From Cyanophora paradoxa CCMP329 (lineage: Eukaryota > Plantae > Glaucophyta): a stretch of 64,000 nucleotides of DNA. The stretch covers positions 124,001 to 188,000 of the forward strand of contig QPMI01000432.1 of the NCBI GenBank assembly GCA_004431415.1. The letters run 5' to 3'. Both the position numbers and the translations under genes were made by a program. Below the pieces are notes generated by a model that searched no databases, was not told where the DNA came from, and saw nothing but the letters and a program-made list of their open reading frames with translations. Positions 22,801 through 36,100 of this stretch are shown one piece after another (the first letter of the stretch is position 1; each line of letters begins with the position of its first letter).

Positions 22801-25701
22801 CCAACGACGCCGAGGTCGAGGGCATCAAGGCGCGCCTGGACCAGGCCAACACGCAGCAGCTCGGCGTCGTCTCGGCGGTGCGCACGGCGCGGCGCATCCG
22901 TTTCGCTTGGCTGCCGCGCCCTTCTTCTCTTCTTCGCCGCTCTTATCCTCCCCTCCTCTCCCGACGCCGGCGGGCAGCTGGAGGCGGAGACGGGGCGCAT
23001 GAACGCCGAGGCGCCCGACCACGTCCGGCAGGTCCGCGCGCCGAGCTCGGGGCCGGCCCGCGCTTACCTTAGCCCGCGGGCGGGCGGGGCAGTGCGAGAG
23101 CATGCAGCACGAGTTCGAGGCGGCGGTGACGACCTTCCGGGAGATCCAGGCCGCCGCCCGCGAGGCCGCAGACTTCCTCGGCAGGTCCGTCCGTCCGCGC
23201 TTAGCCTGGGTCGCTTCCTCTGCCGCCGCCGCCGGCCGACCCCCGCGCAGCGTCCAGGACACGCTCCGGAAGTTCGCGGGGCGGGCCGCGGAGCGGAACC
23301 GGCAGCTCGGCGCCCGCTACGCCAACTACGGGCCGGGGCCGCAGGTCAACTACCCGCCCGCCGTACCCCCGTGCGCCCCGCCGCCCCCGCCCCGCCCCTC
23401 CCCTCCCCTGAGCCCCGTCTGAGAAAAGCCGCAGACCGCAGAACCTCATCCCGACGCCGTACCCCGGGCAGCAGCAGCAGGGCAGGGCGGGGCAGCCGGG
23501 GCCGCCCCCCGGCCTCCGCACGCCCCGCACGCCGGGCTCCGACATCTGTGCGCCGGCCCGCCCGCCCCTCCCGCCCCCGCCCCCCCCATGCACCGTCCGC
23601 CGTCCAGCGAACGGCTCGCCCGCCCGCGCGCGCGCGCCCGCAGCGGCGACGCAGTCGGACCAGATCCGGCCGGACCAGGTGCAGTTCGGGCCGGTGCTGG
23701 GCCGCGGCGGCTTCGGGCGGGTCTACCTGGGGACGTGGCTCGGCACCGAGGTCGCCATCAAGGAGCTCATGGTCAGCGCCGCAGAGATGGCCGCCCAGGT
23801 GAGCCTCAGCCGAAGCGCAAAAGCCCGCGACGCGACGGGCCCGGCGAGCGCGGCCTCTTAGCTCCGCGCGCGCCCGCCTCGCGCTGACGGGGGCGGGGGC
23901 GGGGGTACAGGCGCGGGACGACTTCCGTGCGGAGGTCGAGACCCTCCGGTGCGCCCGCCCCCGTTTCTTTCTCGCGCGCCCCGCGCCGCCCGCTTTCCTC
24001 CCCCTCCAGCCAGCTCTGACCGCTTCTCGCCCCGCCCCGCCCCGCCCCACAGAGCCCTGCGGGTAGCCGCCACCCACCCACCCACCCACCCCCGCCTACC
24101 CTTCTCCCCCCTCATTCCGTCTCCCCCCGCCCCTCGCAGCACCCGAACGTGATCCAGTTCTTCGGGGCGTACGAGAACAACAACCAGCTCTACATCGTCA
24201 CCGAGTTCGCGCAGCAGGGTCCGCCCCGGGCGGCGCGGCGCGGCGCGGGGCGGCGCGGGGATGAGATGGGATGGGATGGGAACATCGATTCCGTGGCTCC
24301 TCCTTGCACCCCCCCGCATCTTCCTTCCTGGCCCCTCGCCGCTGCGCTGAGACAGAGCGGCGGGCAGGGCACCTGCGCAACTTCCTGACGACGAAGCGGC
24401 CCAACTTTGAGCAGAAGATCTCAGTCATCTTCAACGTCCTCTGCGGTGCCCGCCCCGTACCCCGCCCCGCCCCGCCCCGCCCCGCCCCGCCCCGCCGCGG
24501 GTGCACGGGGCGCCCCCGCTCCCGGCTCAACCCGCCCCCGGCAGGGATGATGTACCTCGTCTCCCTGGAGCCGCCCATCCTCCACAGGGACCTCAAGTGC
24601 GCAGGCCGCGCGCCTCCGGCCAGCTCCCCCGCCCCCCGCTCACGCCCTGGCTCGCTGGCAGGTCGTTCAACGTGCTGATGATGGCGGACGGGCGGGCCAA
24701 GCTCGCCGACTTCGGCCTCGCCCGCATCAAGAGCGAGGCCCAGGCGAGCCAGCGAGCGTGTCCCGCTCCCCGCCCGGTCTCTGTCTGAGGGGCGCGCGCT
24801 CGGGCAGGCGACGATCAGCGCGGCGGGGACGCCGGCGTGGATGGCGCCGGAGCTGCTGCGGGGGGAGACGGGCTGCACCGAGCAGTCCGACGTCTTCTCC
24901 TTCGGCGTCCTCGTGCGCCCCGCGGGGGAGGGGAGGGGGCGGGTCGGGGGGTGCTGGGGCACGAGGGCTATTCAAGAGGGGGGGCCAGAGGCGTCGCCGT
25001 CCATCCCTCTGCGGGAAGGGGTCGACGCCCTGCGCTGCAGGTGTGGGAGATCGTGACGGAGGACCTGCCGTGGGTCGGCATCGAGCCCATCGCCGTCGTC
25101 GGCCAGGTCCCCTTCCCTCTCCCAGCCCCGCCCCGCCCCGCCCCGCCCCGGCGCCCATCTTCTCTCCAGGTCGGCTTCAACAAGCGGCGGCTGACCATCC
25201 CCGCCGACGTCCACCCCGCCCTCAAGCACCTCATCTCCCAGTGCTGGCGCGCCCCCCCGTGCTCCCGCCCGGCCCCCTAGTCTGAGGGGCGGGGCAGGGA
25301 GGAGGACCCGGCGCGGCGGCCGACCTTCCGGCGCATCCACGACGAGTTCACGCGCGCCTTCGCGCCCCTCGTCCGCGTCAACCTCGGCGCCGCCAGGTCC
25401 GATCCGCCCCCGCCCCCGCCCCAGCACAGCTGGATTCGATGTTCCGACCTCCTCGCTCGGCGCCGGCAGCTCGGGGGCGGGCGGGGAGAGCAACCCGGCG
25501 ACGTACATCGTGAACGGCAACGTGCAGCAGGCGCGGGGCGGGGGCGGCTCGGGCGACGGCCAGAGCGACGGCTCCTTCTTCTCGTTCCTCGGGAACACCC
25601 TCTCGGGGCGGCCGCGCGCCGGCAACGGCAACGGGCCCGGCGGAGGCGGCGGCGGCGGCCAGGGCGGCGAGCAGCGGGCCGGCGGGTGCGCGCAGCAATG
25701 A
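19840..25701 (+). CDS. ALIX-like BRO1 + V domain + Pro-rich region fused to a TKL (Raf/MLK-like) kinase, C-terminal CAQQ
   Basis: BRO1: EYCWTDLW..NIGLEKAGVLLQLA..PDLSQESL..ARLAAQ..AEANYRMA..GKAIAHLQ..KENAVIYQHAVP..LVKPTP. V-domain end: FEAAVTTFREIQAAAREAADFL. PRR: YPPAVPP|PQNLIPTPYPG. Kinase: LGRGGFGRVY, VAIK, FRAEV, HPNVI, LHRDLK|SFNVL, DFG, GTPAWMAPE, SDVFSFG, CW|EEDPARRP. Ends GGCAQQ*. All junctions are in frame. Confidence 0.88.
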
Positions 25702-25772
25702 CAGTGGCGGCCTCTCTTTTGTGTCTGTTATTTTTTTGTGCGCAAAGAGAGAGAAATAGAGAAGAGCTGTAG

Positions 25773-27470
25773 CTAGGGGCCGGGCCCGGCGAGGGCGGCC
25801 ATGGACGAGGCGATGTCGGATAGGACGGGGTCCGCGGCGCCGCCCGGCACCAGCAGCGCCGCCGCCGGGCGTACTCGCGCGCCACCCTCCCCGCGAGGCG
25901 CCGCAGCCGGGCCGCCGCCTCGGGCCCGGGGGGCGCCCCCCGCTCCGCGAGGGCCTGCAGGAGCGGGGCGAGGGCGTAGGTCCCGAAGTGGGCCCCGTCC
26001 TGGGCGTAGAAGGGCCCCACGTGCGCCTCGGACCACTCCAGGAACTGCTCGGCCGCCTCCACGGCCGCCTCAAGTGCGGCGCCCGCCCCGCGGGCGTCCC
26101 GCGCCCAGTGCTGCGCCGCCAGCCGCCGGCACCAGGCGGGGGCCCAGTGGCGCGGCCCCAGGGTGCGCGAGAGCTGCTGGGCGTACGCCGAGAGGGTCTC
26201 GGGGGTACCCCCCTCGAGCTCGAGGGCCTCGGTACCCATCCAGGAGGCCACGTTCTGGGCCGCTTCGGCCTCCGCCTCGAGGGGCATGTCCGCGTCCGAC
26301 CACGTACCCCCGCACTTGTCGCAGGGCTGCCGGGCGCCGCGGGGCGCTCGCTCAGACTTCGGAGGGGCGCGGGCCGGTGGGGCGGGGATAGAAAGGGCGC
26401 GTACCCCCCAGCGGGTCGGCTCCCCGGGGGAGGGGAAGACGGAGCCGTCGCAGCCGTCGCCGGCGCACCAGAGCCCGCGGCACGTGTCGGGGGCCGAGCA
26501 GCGCGCGCAGGCGCAGCGGAAGCTCTTCGTCCACTCCAGCTGCGCCCGCCGCAGGTCCGCCCCGATCGCGAGGTACTTCCCTGCGCGAGGCCTCAGCCGC
26601 GCGGCGGCGTGTCGAGGCGGGCGGGCGGGCGCGGGCGGGGACCTGGGAGGTAGGAGGTGGACGCGAGCTCGCCGGCGGGGAGGGCCCGCACGACGCGCAG
26701 GACGAGCCGCTGGCCTCCGCCGGGCCACGCCTCCCACGCGTGCAGCAGCGCGGGCCCGCAGGAGTGCGCGAGCTTCCCCGCGCGCTCGAAGAGCCCCACG
26801 AGGTCGTTCCCCGCCGCGAACGAGTTCGTCGTCGCCGCGAGCACCGCGTGCACGCACGCCTCCTTCGCCAGCGCCCTGAACGGCGGCGCGCCAGACGCCT
26901 CCATCGCGCACCGCCGCAGGCTCTGCAGGTAGGGCGTGACCCGGTCCGCCGGAGGGACCGCGAAGTCCATCACGCGAGCGGCGGCCTGCGGCCGCGCGCG
27001 GGCGCTCGATCCCGGGCGGCGACTGCGCAGAGGGAAGCGCGAGCGAGCGGACGCGCACCTCGGGGCTCTTCGCGAGCGCCGCCAGCACGTACACGGTGTC
27101 GACGTGCACGGGCGCGAACTTCTCCGGCGATCGCGCGGCGTCCGAGTTCACCTTGCGGACGATGGCGTTGAGCTGCGGCGCGTGCAATCAGCGGAGCACG
27201 ATCGATGTGTGCGAGTGCTAGCTGATTCCGGGCTTAGCTAGGGCTTGGCCGGCCGGTGAGCGAGCGCACCGCGCGGTAAGCGGGGTCCTTGAGGTCAGGC
27301 TGCGGGTTCGCGGGCCACGCGAGGAGCGGTTCCTCGGCGAGGAAGACCTCGCCCGGGGCGAACGCGCGCACGGCCACCGCCGCGCGGCCAACATCGCCGT
27401 CGAAAGACTTGACCGCCCACCCAAGCGCCTCGAGTCCCTCCGACCAGTGCGGCGCGCTTGCGGCCGCCAT
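25773..27470 (-). CDS. SET-domain (SMYD-like) lysine methyltransferase
   Basis: VGRAAVAVRAFAPGEVFLAEEPL, TNSF..GLFERAGKLAHSCGP, LRVVRALPAGELASTSYL, LRRAQLEWTKSFRCACARC (post-SET), CxxxxC..CDKC. One apparent C-run frameshift near 25870. Confidence 0.85.
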
Positions 27471-27844
27471 GGATCGGCAGCCTCTACCCCCCTTGTGCGT
27501 TTCGGAGCTGCACAGCCTGCACTGCGCATGCGGCACCCGGTGCGCGACTGTACAGTGTTGAATTACGCACGAGCACTCTCAAACGAAATGCCTTTCCTAC
27601 AGCTGCGCACTAAATAATGAATCCAGGCGGGCGTTCCGCCCGGGGCCAAAATTGATCCGATGGTCGTCGACGTCGGCTCTACCAGTTGACATTACCGCGT
27701 TCGCAAATATACGCGGGGCGCACGCCCGTCGCAATCGACGCGAGGGCACTCTTAATGGCGCCCCGCTCGCGGCCGTCACTGCGCAATCGCCCGTGCAACC
27801 GTCAGCGCGGTCTAGAGCAAGGGCAGGGCCCGGGGCGGCGCGCA

Positions 27845-29573
27845 CTAGTAGTTGAAGACGTCGAGGCCCGAGAAGTCGAAGGCGCACTGGAGCCCCGGGA
27901 GGTTCGCGAGGCGGACCAGCGCGCTGGCCGAGACGCGCGGGCGCTTGATGCCGCCGGCCGTCCGGTTCTCCTCCAGCACCAGCGCGAACGTGGCGCCGGC
28001 GCGCAGCGTCCGGAGGACGTCGTGCATCCTCTGCATGGCCTTGGCCTCTGCGCGCGCTGTGGTGTAAGGGCGGCGGATTCGAATTCGAATTCAGCGCAGG
28101 GCCGCGGGGACGCACCGGCGGCGGTGAGCATGCCGAGCCCAGGCAAGCCCAGGCGGAGCTCGACGAACGTGAGGCGTTCGAGCTTGCCGGAGGCGGCGAC
28201 GAGGGCGGCGAGGTCCAGCACCTCAGCCACGGACGCCTCTGCCCTGTACGGCTTGCTGATCGTCAAGCTGTGTGTGTGCGCGCGCGCGAAAGCAAGTGAG
28301 TCGGGGTAGACGGATACAAACGGACGAGGGCGTACCGCTTGATGCAAGATACGAGGCCGGGCACGGCGGCCCAGGCGCGCCAGGCGGCGGTGAGGGCCCC
28401 GACGCGGACCTCCACGCGCGACGGGGCGAGGGCGGCGACGCAGGCGAGGAGCCGCGGGATTTGATCCGCGTTGACGTCGCGGGGGAGGAAGATCGCCCGG
28501 CAGCGGAGGGAGCCGGTCGCGAGGCGGCCCTCGAGCAGGTCCAGGAGGGCGTCCAGGGCCTCGCCGGCCGCGGGGCGCAGGTCGAGGCTGTGGACGAGCC
28601 GGAGGCCCGGGGCGGCCGCCAGCGCCTTGTCGAGATGCCGCGCGTCCACTTCCCCGAAGAGGGAGTGCAGGCCGGGGTGCATGAAGACCTGAGCGCGGCG
28701 GCGGCGGCGCGGCTCAGTCGGCGCGGCCTGCGCCGGGGTGCGCTGCGGCGGGAGGCGCGGACCGCATCCGGGCCGAATTCGAAGAAGGCCGCGGCCCTGT
28801 TCTTGCCGCAGACGAGCAGCTCCCGCAGGCCAGCGCCCGTGCGCGCCGCGATCCGCGCCGCCACCGATTCGTAGGCGAAGTAGGCGGAGCGCGCTTCGAG
28901 CAGGGGGAAGTCGAGGCAGATCGACTGGACGCCCCGCGGGAGAGCGTCCACGACCTGGCCGAGGAGGCGGGCGGCCTCCCTCTTCGGCTCGCCGCCCTCA
29001 GGCACATAAATCCGGCGCTCCAGCAAGGGGACGCTCGAGTCGTAGACGTGAATCTTGACGGCGCGGGCGTCGCACTCGGCCAGCTCCGCGGCGGCCTCCC
29101 GCACCGACTTGGCCTCGAGCAGGTGCCGCCTGTTCTCGTCGTCCAGGCCCGTCTCGTTCGCCTCGAGCTCGGCACGAGCTTCGTCGACGTCTCCGGGCTC
29201 AACAGCGTCGAGGATAACGGCGAACCTGCGCGCGCGAGAGAAAAAGGAGTCAGGCGAACGCAGCAGAAGTCTTCGTGCTGGCTTACTCCTTGGTTGCCTG
29301 CATGACACACTCGCGGAACTCTTTGTTCACGCCCGCAAACGCCCTCGCGTCCGCGGTCACGGACACCAGGTGCTTCGCAATGACATCATTAATGTAGGGT
29401 GGAAGCTCGGCGAGCGGGAAGGCAGCGGGTCGGAAGCGACGGCGAATTGCGCCTGCGAATGCGCAACACAAGAATGGTCAGTACAGAGCGCTAGCGCGAT
29501 GGGAGTTTTATAGCGCGAACGCATTGGACGAACCTTCGCGCAGGTGCGCTGCTGCCTTCCGGCGCAGCTGCAT
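27845..29573 (-). CDS. F-box-like protein with a degenerate leucine-rich C-terminus; start uncertain
   Basis: FPLAELPPYINDVIAKHLVSVTADARAFAGVNKEFRE resembles an F-box. Downstream exons carry LRELLVC, LERLTF and SLTIS LRR-like segments; ends LDVFNY*. Confidence 0.55.
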
Positions 29574-30134
29574 CCATGCATTGCCGCGGCCGCCAGCGTC
29601 TACGCGGCGCACAGCCCGCAGGTGCACGACGCGTCTAGCGCGGATTGTTGTCATGGCAGATGATGGCGGTAGCTGCCGGCGGGCTGCTGCTGCGTGCTCG
29701 GAAGCTGCTGGCTAACTGTTCTGGCGCTCGCTCAGGAGTGCCCGGCTGCTGCCTGCTGTGGTATACGCACAGCGAACAAAAAAATGACGCCCTGACGGGA
29801 GGTCCAAGTGCGCGTTCCATTGCGGCTTCAGCTGACCTTCAAGGAGCCTTCTCATCGCCGGGGCGATTGCTTGGCCGAGTACCGGGTACGCGCAGGCAAT
29901 CGCCGACATGAACCGAGTTCGAGCGGACGCGATGACGGCGATCGCTGTGAAAAAAGGATCTTGCGCGTGCGGAAGTACCCCCTGCGGGAAGCTTGCGGGG
30001 GAGCTCCACGCGCGAGCGAGCGTCGCGCGTAGACCTTCTGAAGCGATCGCGCGCGTCGCGGAGGCCCTCGCAGCGGCCTGGGCCGAGAGCGCCGGGAGCC
30101 CGGGGTACGGCCTCAATGGCAATGAGCACCAGCC

Positions 30135-33100
30135 AACCTAGGCAAAAGTGCAAGCAGGGGGCCCGCACGGCATTGATACAGCCCTCGCGCATGTTGAAGA
30201 CTTGATTTGCGCGCAAGTCCGAGGTCCGCACGCTCCAGCTTCCGATCCCACAGGACCGTTAACGTTGGGGGGTGGGACCGTTGGGGGGATACATACTCAG
30301 ATTGGCATCGGGCACGATGCTGCTCGCAGAGCGCTCGTCTACGCTCCTGCAGCAGCTCTTGAGCCGGCACATCGTCGTCGTCCGCGCCAAGCACGCGCAG
30401 TTCAGCGCTCAGCCGCCCGCGCAGAGAGGAACGTCGCCGTACGCTCCGGAGCGCGGCCCGGGTCAGCATGTGCTCTTTCTTTCATCTCTTGAGCAGTCTG
30501 GTGCGTCTCGGGCAGCGCCTCGTCCCCTTTGGCTGCGCTCTAAGCCGCGCACCGAGGTCTCTTCGACGAACTGGGCGCAAGGCTCACTGCCTGGTCGCCG
30601 AGTCACCGCAACAACGTCAAGGCCACCGATACGGGTCGTCGGCTTCTTGATCTTCTGCGGAAAGAGCCCTGGAAGCTCGCGGTTTGGCCTACGTCCGCGT
30701 TGCGCACTTCTTTCCAAGGGCTCTGTGCCCGCTTTTCGCTTGCGCAGTTCAACAGCTGGTCACCGGCGACGACGAACGTGCAGAGGGCGGCGGCTTCGCG
30801 GCGGCGGAAGCGGGCGAGCGACCTGGCAGCCGTGCCGGTGGCCACGCAGGCGCTGCATGGCGGCCGTGGGCGCGAACCGCTTGCGTACGCGGGTCTACTA
30901 CTTCTTCTCCTTCGAAGGCTTAACGGTTCGCCCTTCCTCGCCTCGCCTTGGGGTCGCTTCCGTTCTGACCGTTGTTTCCCTCCTTCTCAAGCTCTCTTTC
31001 GGGGCGAGATCTTCCGTGCGGAGCATGCGGGATGCATCATCCTGTGCGGTGAGAAGGCTCTGCAGTTTCTTCTCGGTCAGGTTCGCGCTGCCGTTCTTTT
31101 CCGCGATTCCGCCGCCGTACGCGACACGCAGTCGCAGGCACCTGTGCGCTGGACTGGGCTCATTATGAACATCTGCATCAAAGGCACGACGACGAGCGGC
31201 CGCGCGGAGGCGTGGAAGGCGTTCCGGGCGAGGCGGGACTGGGTAAGCGTCCCCAAGGACGACCGCTTGCAGATCCCAGGCGGGCAAGCACCCGACTACA
31301 GCTTCGTGCTCGAACCTAGGCAAAAGTGCAAGCAGGGGCCCGCACGGCATTGATACAGCCCTCGCGCATGTTGAAGACTTGATTTGCGCGCAAGTCCGAG
31401 GTCCGCACGCTCCAGCTTCCGATCCCACAGGACCGTTAACGTTGGGGGTGGGACCGTTGGGGGATACATACTCAGATTGGCATCGGGCACGATGCTGCTC
31501 GCAGAGCGCTCGTCTACGCTCCTGCAGCAGCTCTTGAGCCGGCACATCGTCGTCGTCCGCGCCAAGCACGCGCAGTTCAGCGCTCAGCCGCCCGCGCAGA
31601 GAGGAACGTCGCCGTACGCTCCGGAGCGCGGCCCGGGTCAGCATGTGCTCTTTCTTTCATCTCTTGAGCAGTCTGGTGCGTCTCGGGCAGCGCCTCGTCC
31701 CCTTTGGCTGCGCTCTAAGCCGCGCACCGAGGTCTCTTCGACGAACTGGGCGCAAGGCTCACTGCCTGGTCGCCGAGTCACCGCAACAACGTCAAGGCCA
31801 CCGATACGGGTCGTCGGCTTCTTGATCTTCTGCGGAAAGAGCCCTGGAAGCTCGCGGTTTGGCCTACGTCCGCGTTGCGCACTTCTTTCCAAGGGCTCTG
31901 TGCCCGCTTTTCGCTTGCGCAGTTCAACAGCTGGTCACCGGCGACGACGAACGTGCAGAGGGCGGCGGCTTCGCGGCGGCGGAAGCGGGCGAGCGACCTG
32001 GCAGCCGTGCCGGTGGCCACGCAGGCGCTGCATGGCGGCCGTGGGCGCGAACCGCTTGCGTACGCGGGTCTACTACTTCTTCTCCTTCGAAGGCTTAACG
32101 GTTCGCCCTTCCTCGCCTCGCCTTGGGTCGCTTCCGTTCTGACCGTTGTTTCCCTCCTTCTCAAGCTCTCTTTCGGGCGAGATCTTCCGTGCGGAGCATG
32201 CGGGATGCATCATCCTGTGCGGTGAGAAGGCTCTGCAGTTTCTTCTCGGTCAGGTTCGCGCTGCCGTTCTTTTCCGCGATTCCGCCGCCGTACGCGACAC
32301 GCAGTCGCAGGCACCTGTGCGCTGGACTGGGCTCATTATGAACATCTGCATCAAAGGCACGACGACGAGCGGCCGCGCGGAGGCGTGGAAGGCGTTCCGG
32401 GCGAGGCGGGACTGGGTAAGCGTCCCCAAGGACGACCGCTTGCAGATCCCAGGCGGGCAAGCACCCGACTACAGCTTCGTGCTCGAACCTAGGCAAAAGT
32501 GCAAGCAGGGGGCCCGCACGGCATTGATACAGCCCTCGCGCATGTTGAAGACTTGATTTGCGCGCAAGTCCGAGGTCCGCACGCTCCAGCTTCCGATCCC
32601 ACAGGACCGTTAACGTTGGGGGGTGGGACCGTTGGGGGGATACATACTCAGATTGGCATCGGGCACGATGCTGCTCGCAGAGCGCTCGTCTACGCTCCTG
32701 CAGCAGCTCTTGAGCCGGCACATCGTCGTCGTCCGCGCCAAGCACGCGCAGTTCAGCGCTCAGCCGCCCGCGCAGAGAGGAACGTCGCCGTACGCTCCGG
32801 AGCGCGGCCCGGGTCAGCATGTGCTCTTTCTTTCATCTCTTGAGCAGTCTGGTGCGTCTCGGGCAGCGCCTCGTCCCCTTTGGCTGCGCTCTAAGCCGCG
32901 CACCGAGGTCTCTTCGACGAACTGGGCGCAAGGCTCACTGCCTGGTCGCCGAGTCACCGCAACAACGTCAAGGCCACCGATACGGGTCGTCGGCTTCTTG
33001 ATCTTCTGCGGAAAGAGCCCTGGAAGCTCGCGGTTTGGCCTACGTCCGCGTTGCGCACTTCTTTCCAAGGGCTCTGTGCCCGCTTTTCGCTTGCGCAGTT

Positions 33101-36100
33101 CAACAGCTGGTCACCGGCGACGACGAACGTGCAGAGGGCGGCGGCTTCGCGGCGGCGGAAGCGGGCGAGCGACCTGGCAGCCGTGCCGGTGGCCACGCAG
33201 GCGCTGCATGGCGGCCGTGGGCGCGAACCGCTTGCGTACGCGGGTCTACTACTTCTTCTCCTTCGAAGGCTTAACGGTTCGCCCTTCCTCGCCTCGCCTT
33301 GGGGTCGCTTCCGTTCTGACCGTTGTTTCCCTCCTTCTCAAGCTCTCTTTCGGGGCGAGATCTTCCGTGCGGAGCATGCGGGATGCATCATCCTGTGCGG
33401 TGAGAAGGCTCTGCAGTTTCTTCTCGGTCAGGTTCGCGCTGCCGTTCTTTTCCGCGATTCCGCCGCCGTACGCGACACGCAGTCGCAGGCACCTGTGCGC
33501 TGGACTGGGCTCATTATGAACATCTGCATCAAAGGCACGACGACGAGCGGCCGCGCGGAGGCGTGGAAGGCGTTCCGGGCGAGGCGGGACTGGGTAAGCG
33601 TCCCCAAGGACGACCGCTTGCAGATCCCAGGCGGGCAAGCACCCGACTACAGCTTCGTGCTCGAACCTAGGCAAAAGTGCAAGCAGGGGGCCCGCACGGC
33701 ATTGATACAGCCCTCGCGCATGTTGAAGACTTGATTTGCGCGCAAGTCCGAGGTCCGCACGCTCCAGCTTCCGATCCCACAGGACCGTTAACGTTGGGGG
33801 GTGGGACCGTTGGGGGGATACATACTCAGATTGGCATCGGGCACGATGCTGCTCGCAGAGCGCTCGTCTACGCTCCTGCAGCAGCTCTTGAGCCGGCACA
33901 TCGTCGTCGTCCGCGCCAAGCACGCGCAGTTCAGCGCTCAGCCGCCCGCGCAGAGAGGAACGTCGCCGTACGCTCCGGAGCGCGGCCCGGGTCAGCATGT
34001 GCTCTTTCTTTCATCTCTTGAGCAGTCTGGTGCGTCTCGGGCAGCGCCTCGTCCCCTTTGGCTGCGCTCTAAGCCGCGCACCGAGGTCTCTTCGACGAAC
34101 TGGGCGCAAGGCTCACTGCCTGGTCGCCGAGTCACCGCAACAACGTCAAGGCCACCGATACGGGTCGTCGGCTTCTTGATCTTCTGCGGAAAGAGCCCTG
34201 GAAGCTCGCGGTTTGGCCTACGTCCGCGTTGCGCACTTCTTTCCAAGGGCTCTGTGCCCGCTTTTCGCTTGCGCAGTTCAACAGCTGGTCACCGGCGACG
34301 ACGAACGTGCAGAGGGCGGCGGCTTCGCGGCGGCGGAAGCGGGCGAGCGACCTGGCAGCCGTGCCGGTGGCCACGCAGGCGCTGCATGGCGGCCGTGGGC
34401 GCGAACCGCTTGCGTACGCGGGTCTACTACTTCTTCTCCTTCGAAGGCTTAACGGTTCGCCCTTCCTCGCCTCGCCTTGGGGTCGCTTCCGTTCTGACCG
34501 TTGTTTCCCTCCTTCTCAAGCTCTCTTTCGGGGCGAGATCTTCCGTGCGGAGCATGCGGGATGCATCATCCTGTGCGGTGAGAAGGCTCTGCAGTTTCTT
34601 CTCGGTCAGGTTCGCGCTGCCGTTCTTTTCCGCGATTCCGCCGCCGTACGCGACACGCAGTCGCAGGCACCTGTGCGCTGGACTGGGCTCATTATGAACA
34701 TCTGCATCAAAGGCACGACGACGAGCGGCCGCGCGGAGGCGTGGAAGGCGTTCCGGGCGAGGCGGGACTGGGTAAGCGTCCCCAAGGACGACCGCTTGCA
34801 GATCCCAGGCGGGCAAGCACCCGACTACAGCTTCGTGCTCGAACCTAGGCAAAAGTGCAAGCAGGGGCCCGCACGGCATTGATACAGCCCTCGCGCATGT
34901 TGAAGACTTGATTTGCGCGCAAGTCCGAGGTCCGCACGCTCCAGCTTCCGATCCCACAGGACCGTTAACGTTGGGGGTGGGACCGTTGGGGGATACATAC
35001 TCAGATTGGCATCGGGCACGATGCTGCTCGCAGAGCGCTCGTCTACGCTCCTGCAGCAGCTCTTGAGCCGGCACATCGTCGTCGTCCGCGCCAAGCACGC
35101 GCAGTTCAGCGCTCAGCCGCCCGCGCAGAGAGGAACGTCGCCGTACGCTCCGGAGCGCGGCCCGGGTCAGCATGTGCTCTTTCTTTCATCTCTTGAGCAG
35201 TCTGGTGCGTCTCGGGCAGCGCCTCGTCCCCTTTGGCTGCGCTCTAAGCCGCGCACCGAGGTCTCTTCGACGAACTGGGCGCAAGGCTCACTGCCTGGTC
35301 GCCGAGTCACCGCAACAACGTCAAGGCCACCGATACGGGTCGTCGGCTTCTTGATCTTCTGCGGAAAGAGCCCTGGAAGCTCGCGGTTTGGCCTACGTCC
35401 GCGTTGCGCACTTCTTTCCAAGGGCTCTGTGCCCGCTTTTCGCTTGCGCAGTTCAACAGCTGGTCACCGGCGACGACGAACGTGCAGAGGGCGGCGGCTT
35501 CGCGGCGGCGGAAGCGGGCGAGCGACCTGGCAGCCGTGCCGGTGGCCACGCAGGCGCTGCATGGCGGCCGTGGGCGCGAACCGCTTGCGTACGCGGGTCT
35601 ACTACTTCTTCTCCTTCGAAGGCTTAACGGTTCGCCCTTCCTCGCCTCGCCTTGGGGTCGCTTCCGTTCTGACCGTTGTTTCCCTCCTTCTCAAGCTCTC
35701 TTTCGGGGCGAGATCTTCCGTGCGGAGCATGCGGGATGCATCATCCTGTGCGGTGAGAAGGCTCTGCAGTTTCTTCTCGGTCAGGTTCGCGCTGCCGTTC
35801 TTTTCCGCGATTCCGCCGCCGTACGCGACACGCAGTCGCAGGCACCTGTGCGCTGGACTGGGCTCATTATGAACATCTGCATCAAAGGCACGACGACGAG
35901 CGGCCGCGCGGAGGCGTGGAAGGCGTTCCGGGCGAGGCGGGACTGGGTAAGCGTCCCCAAGGACGACCGCTTGCAGATCCCAGGCGGGCAAGCACCCGAC
36001 TACAGCTTCGTGCTCGAGCTTCTGACGATCACTGAGAAGGACGCAGTCGTGCGCGTGCTCTGCCTGAGTTTTCCGCACGCGCGCTCGGCCGATTCTCACA

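Noticed and set aside
25860-25880. Frameshifts in the SET gene (and similar ones in the coiled-coil and cyclase genes) as pseudogenisation or programmed frameshifting
   Set aside because: They fall in C/G homopolymer runs, and the same kind of indel distinguishes the array copies. Sequencing error is the simpler explanation.
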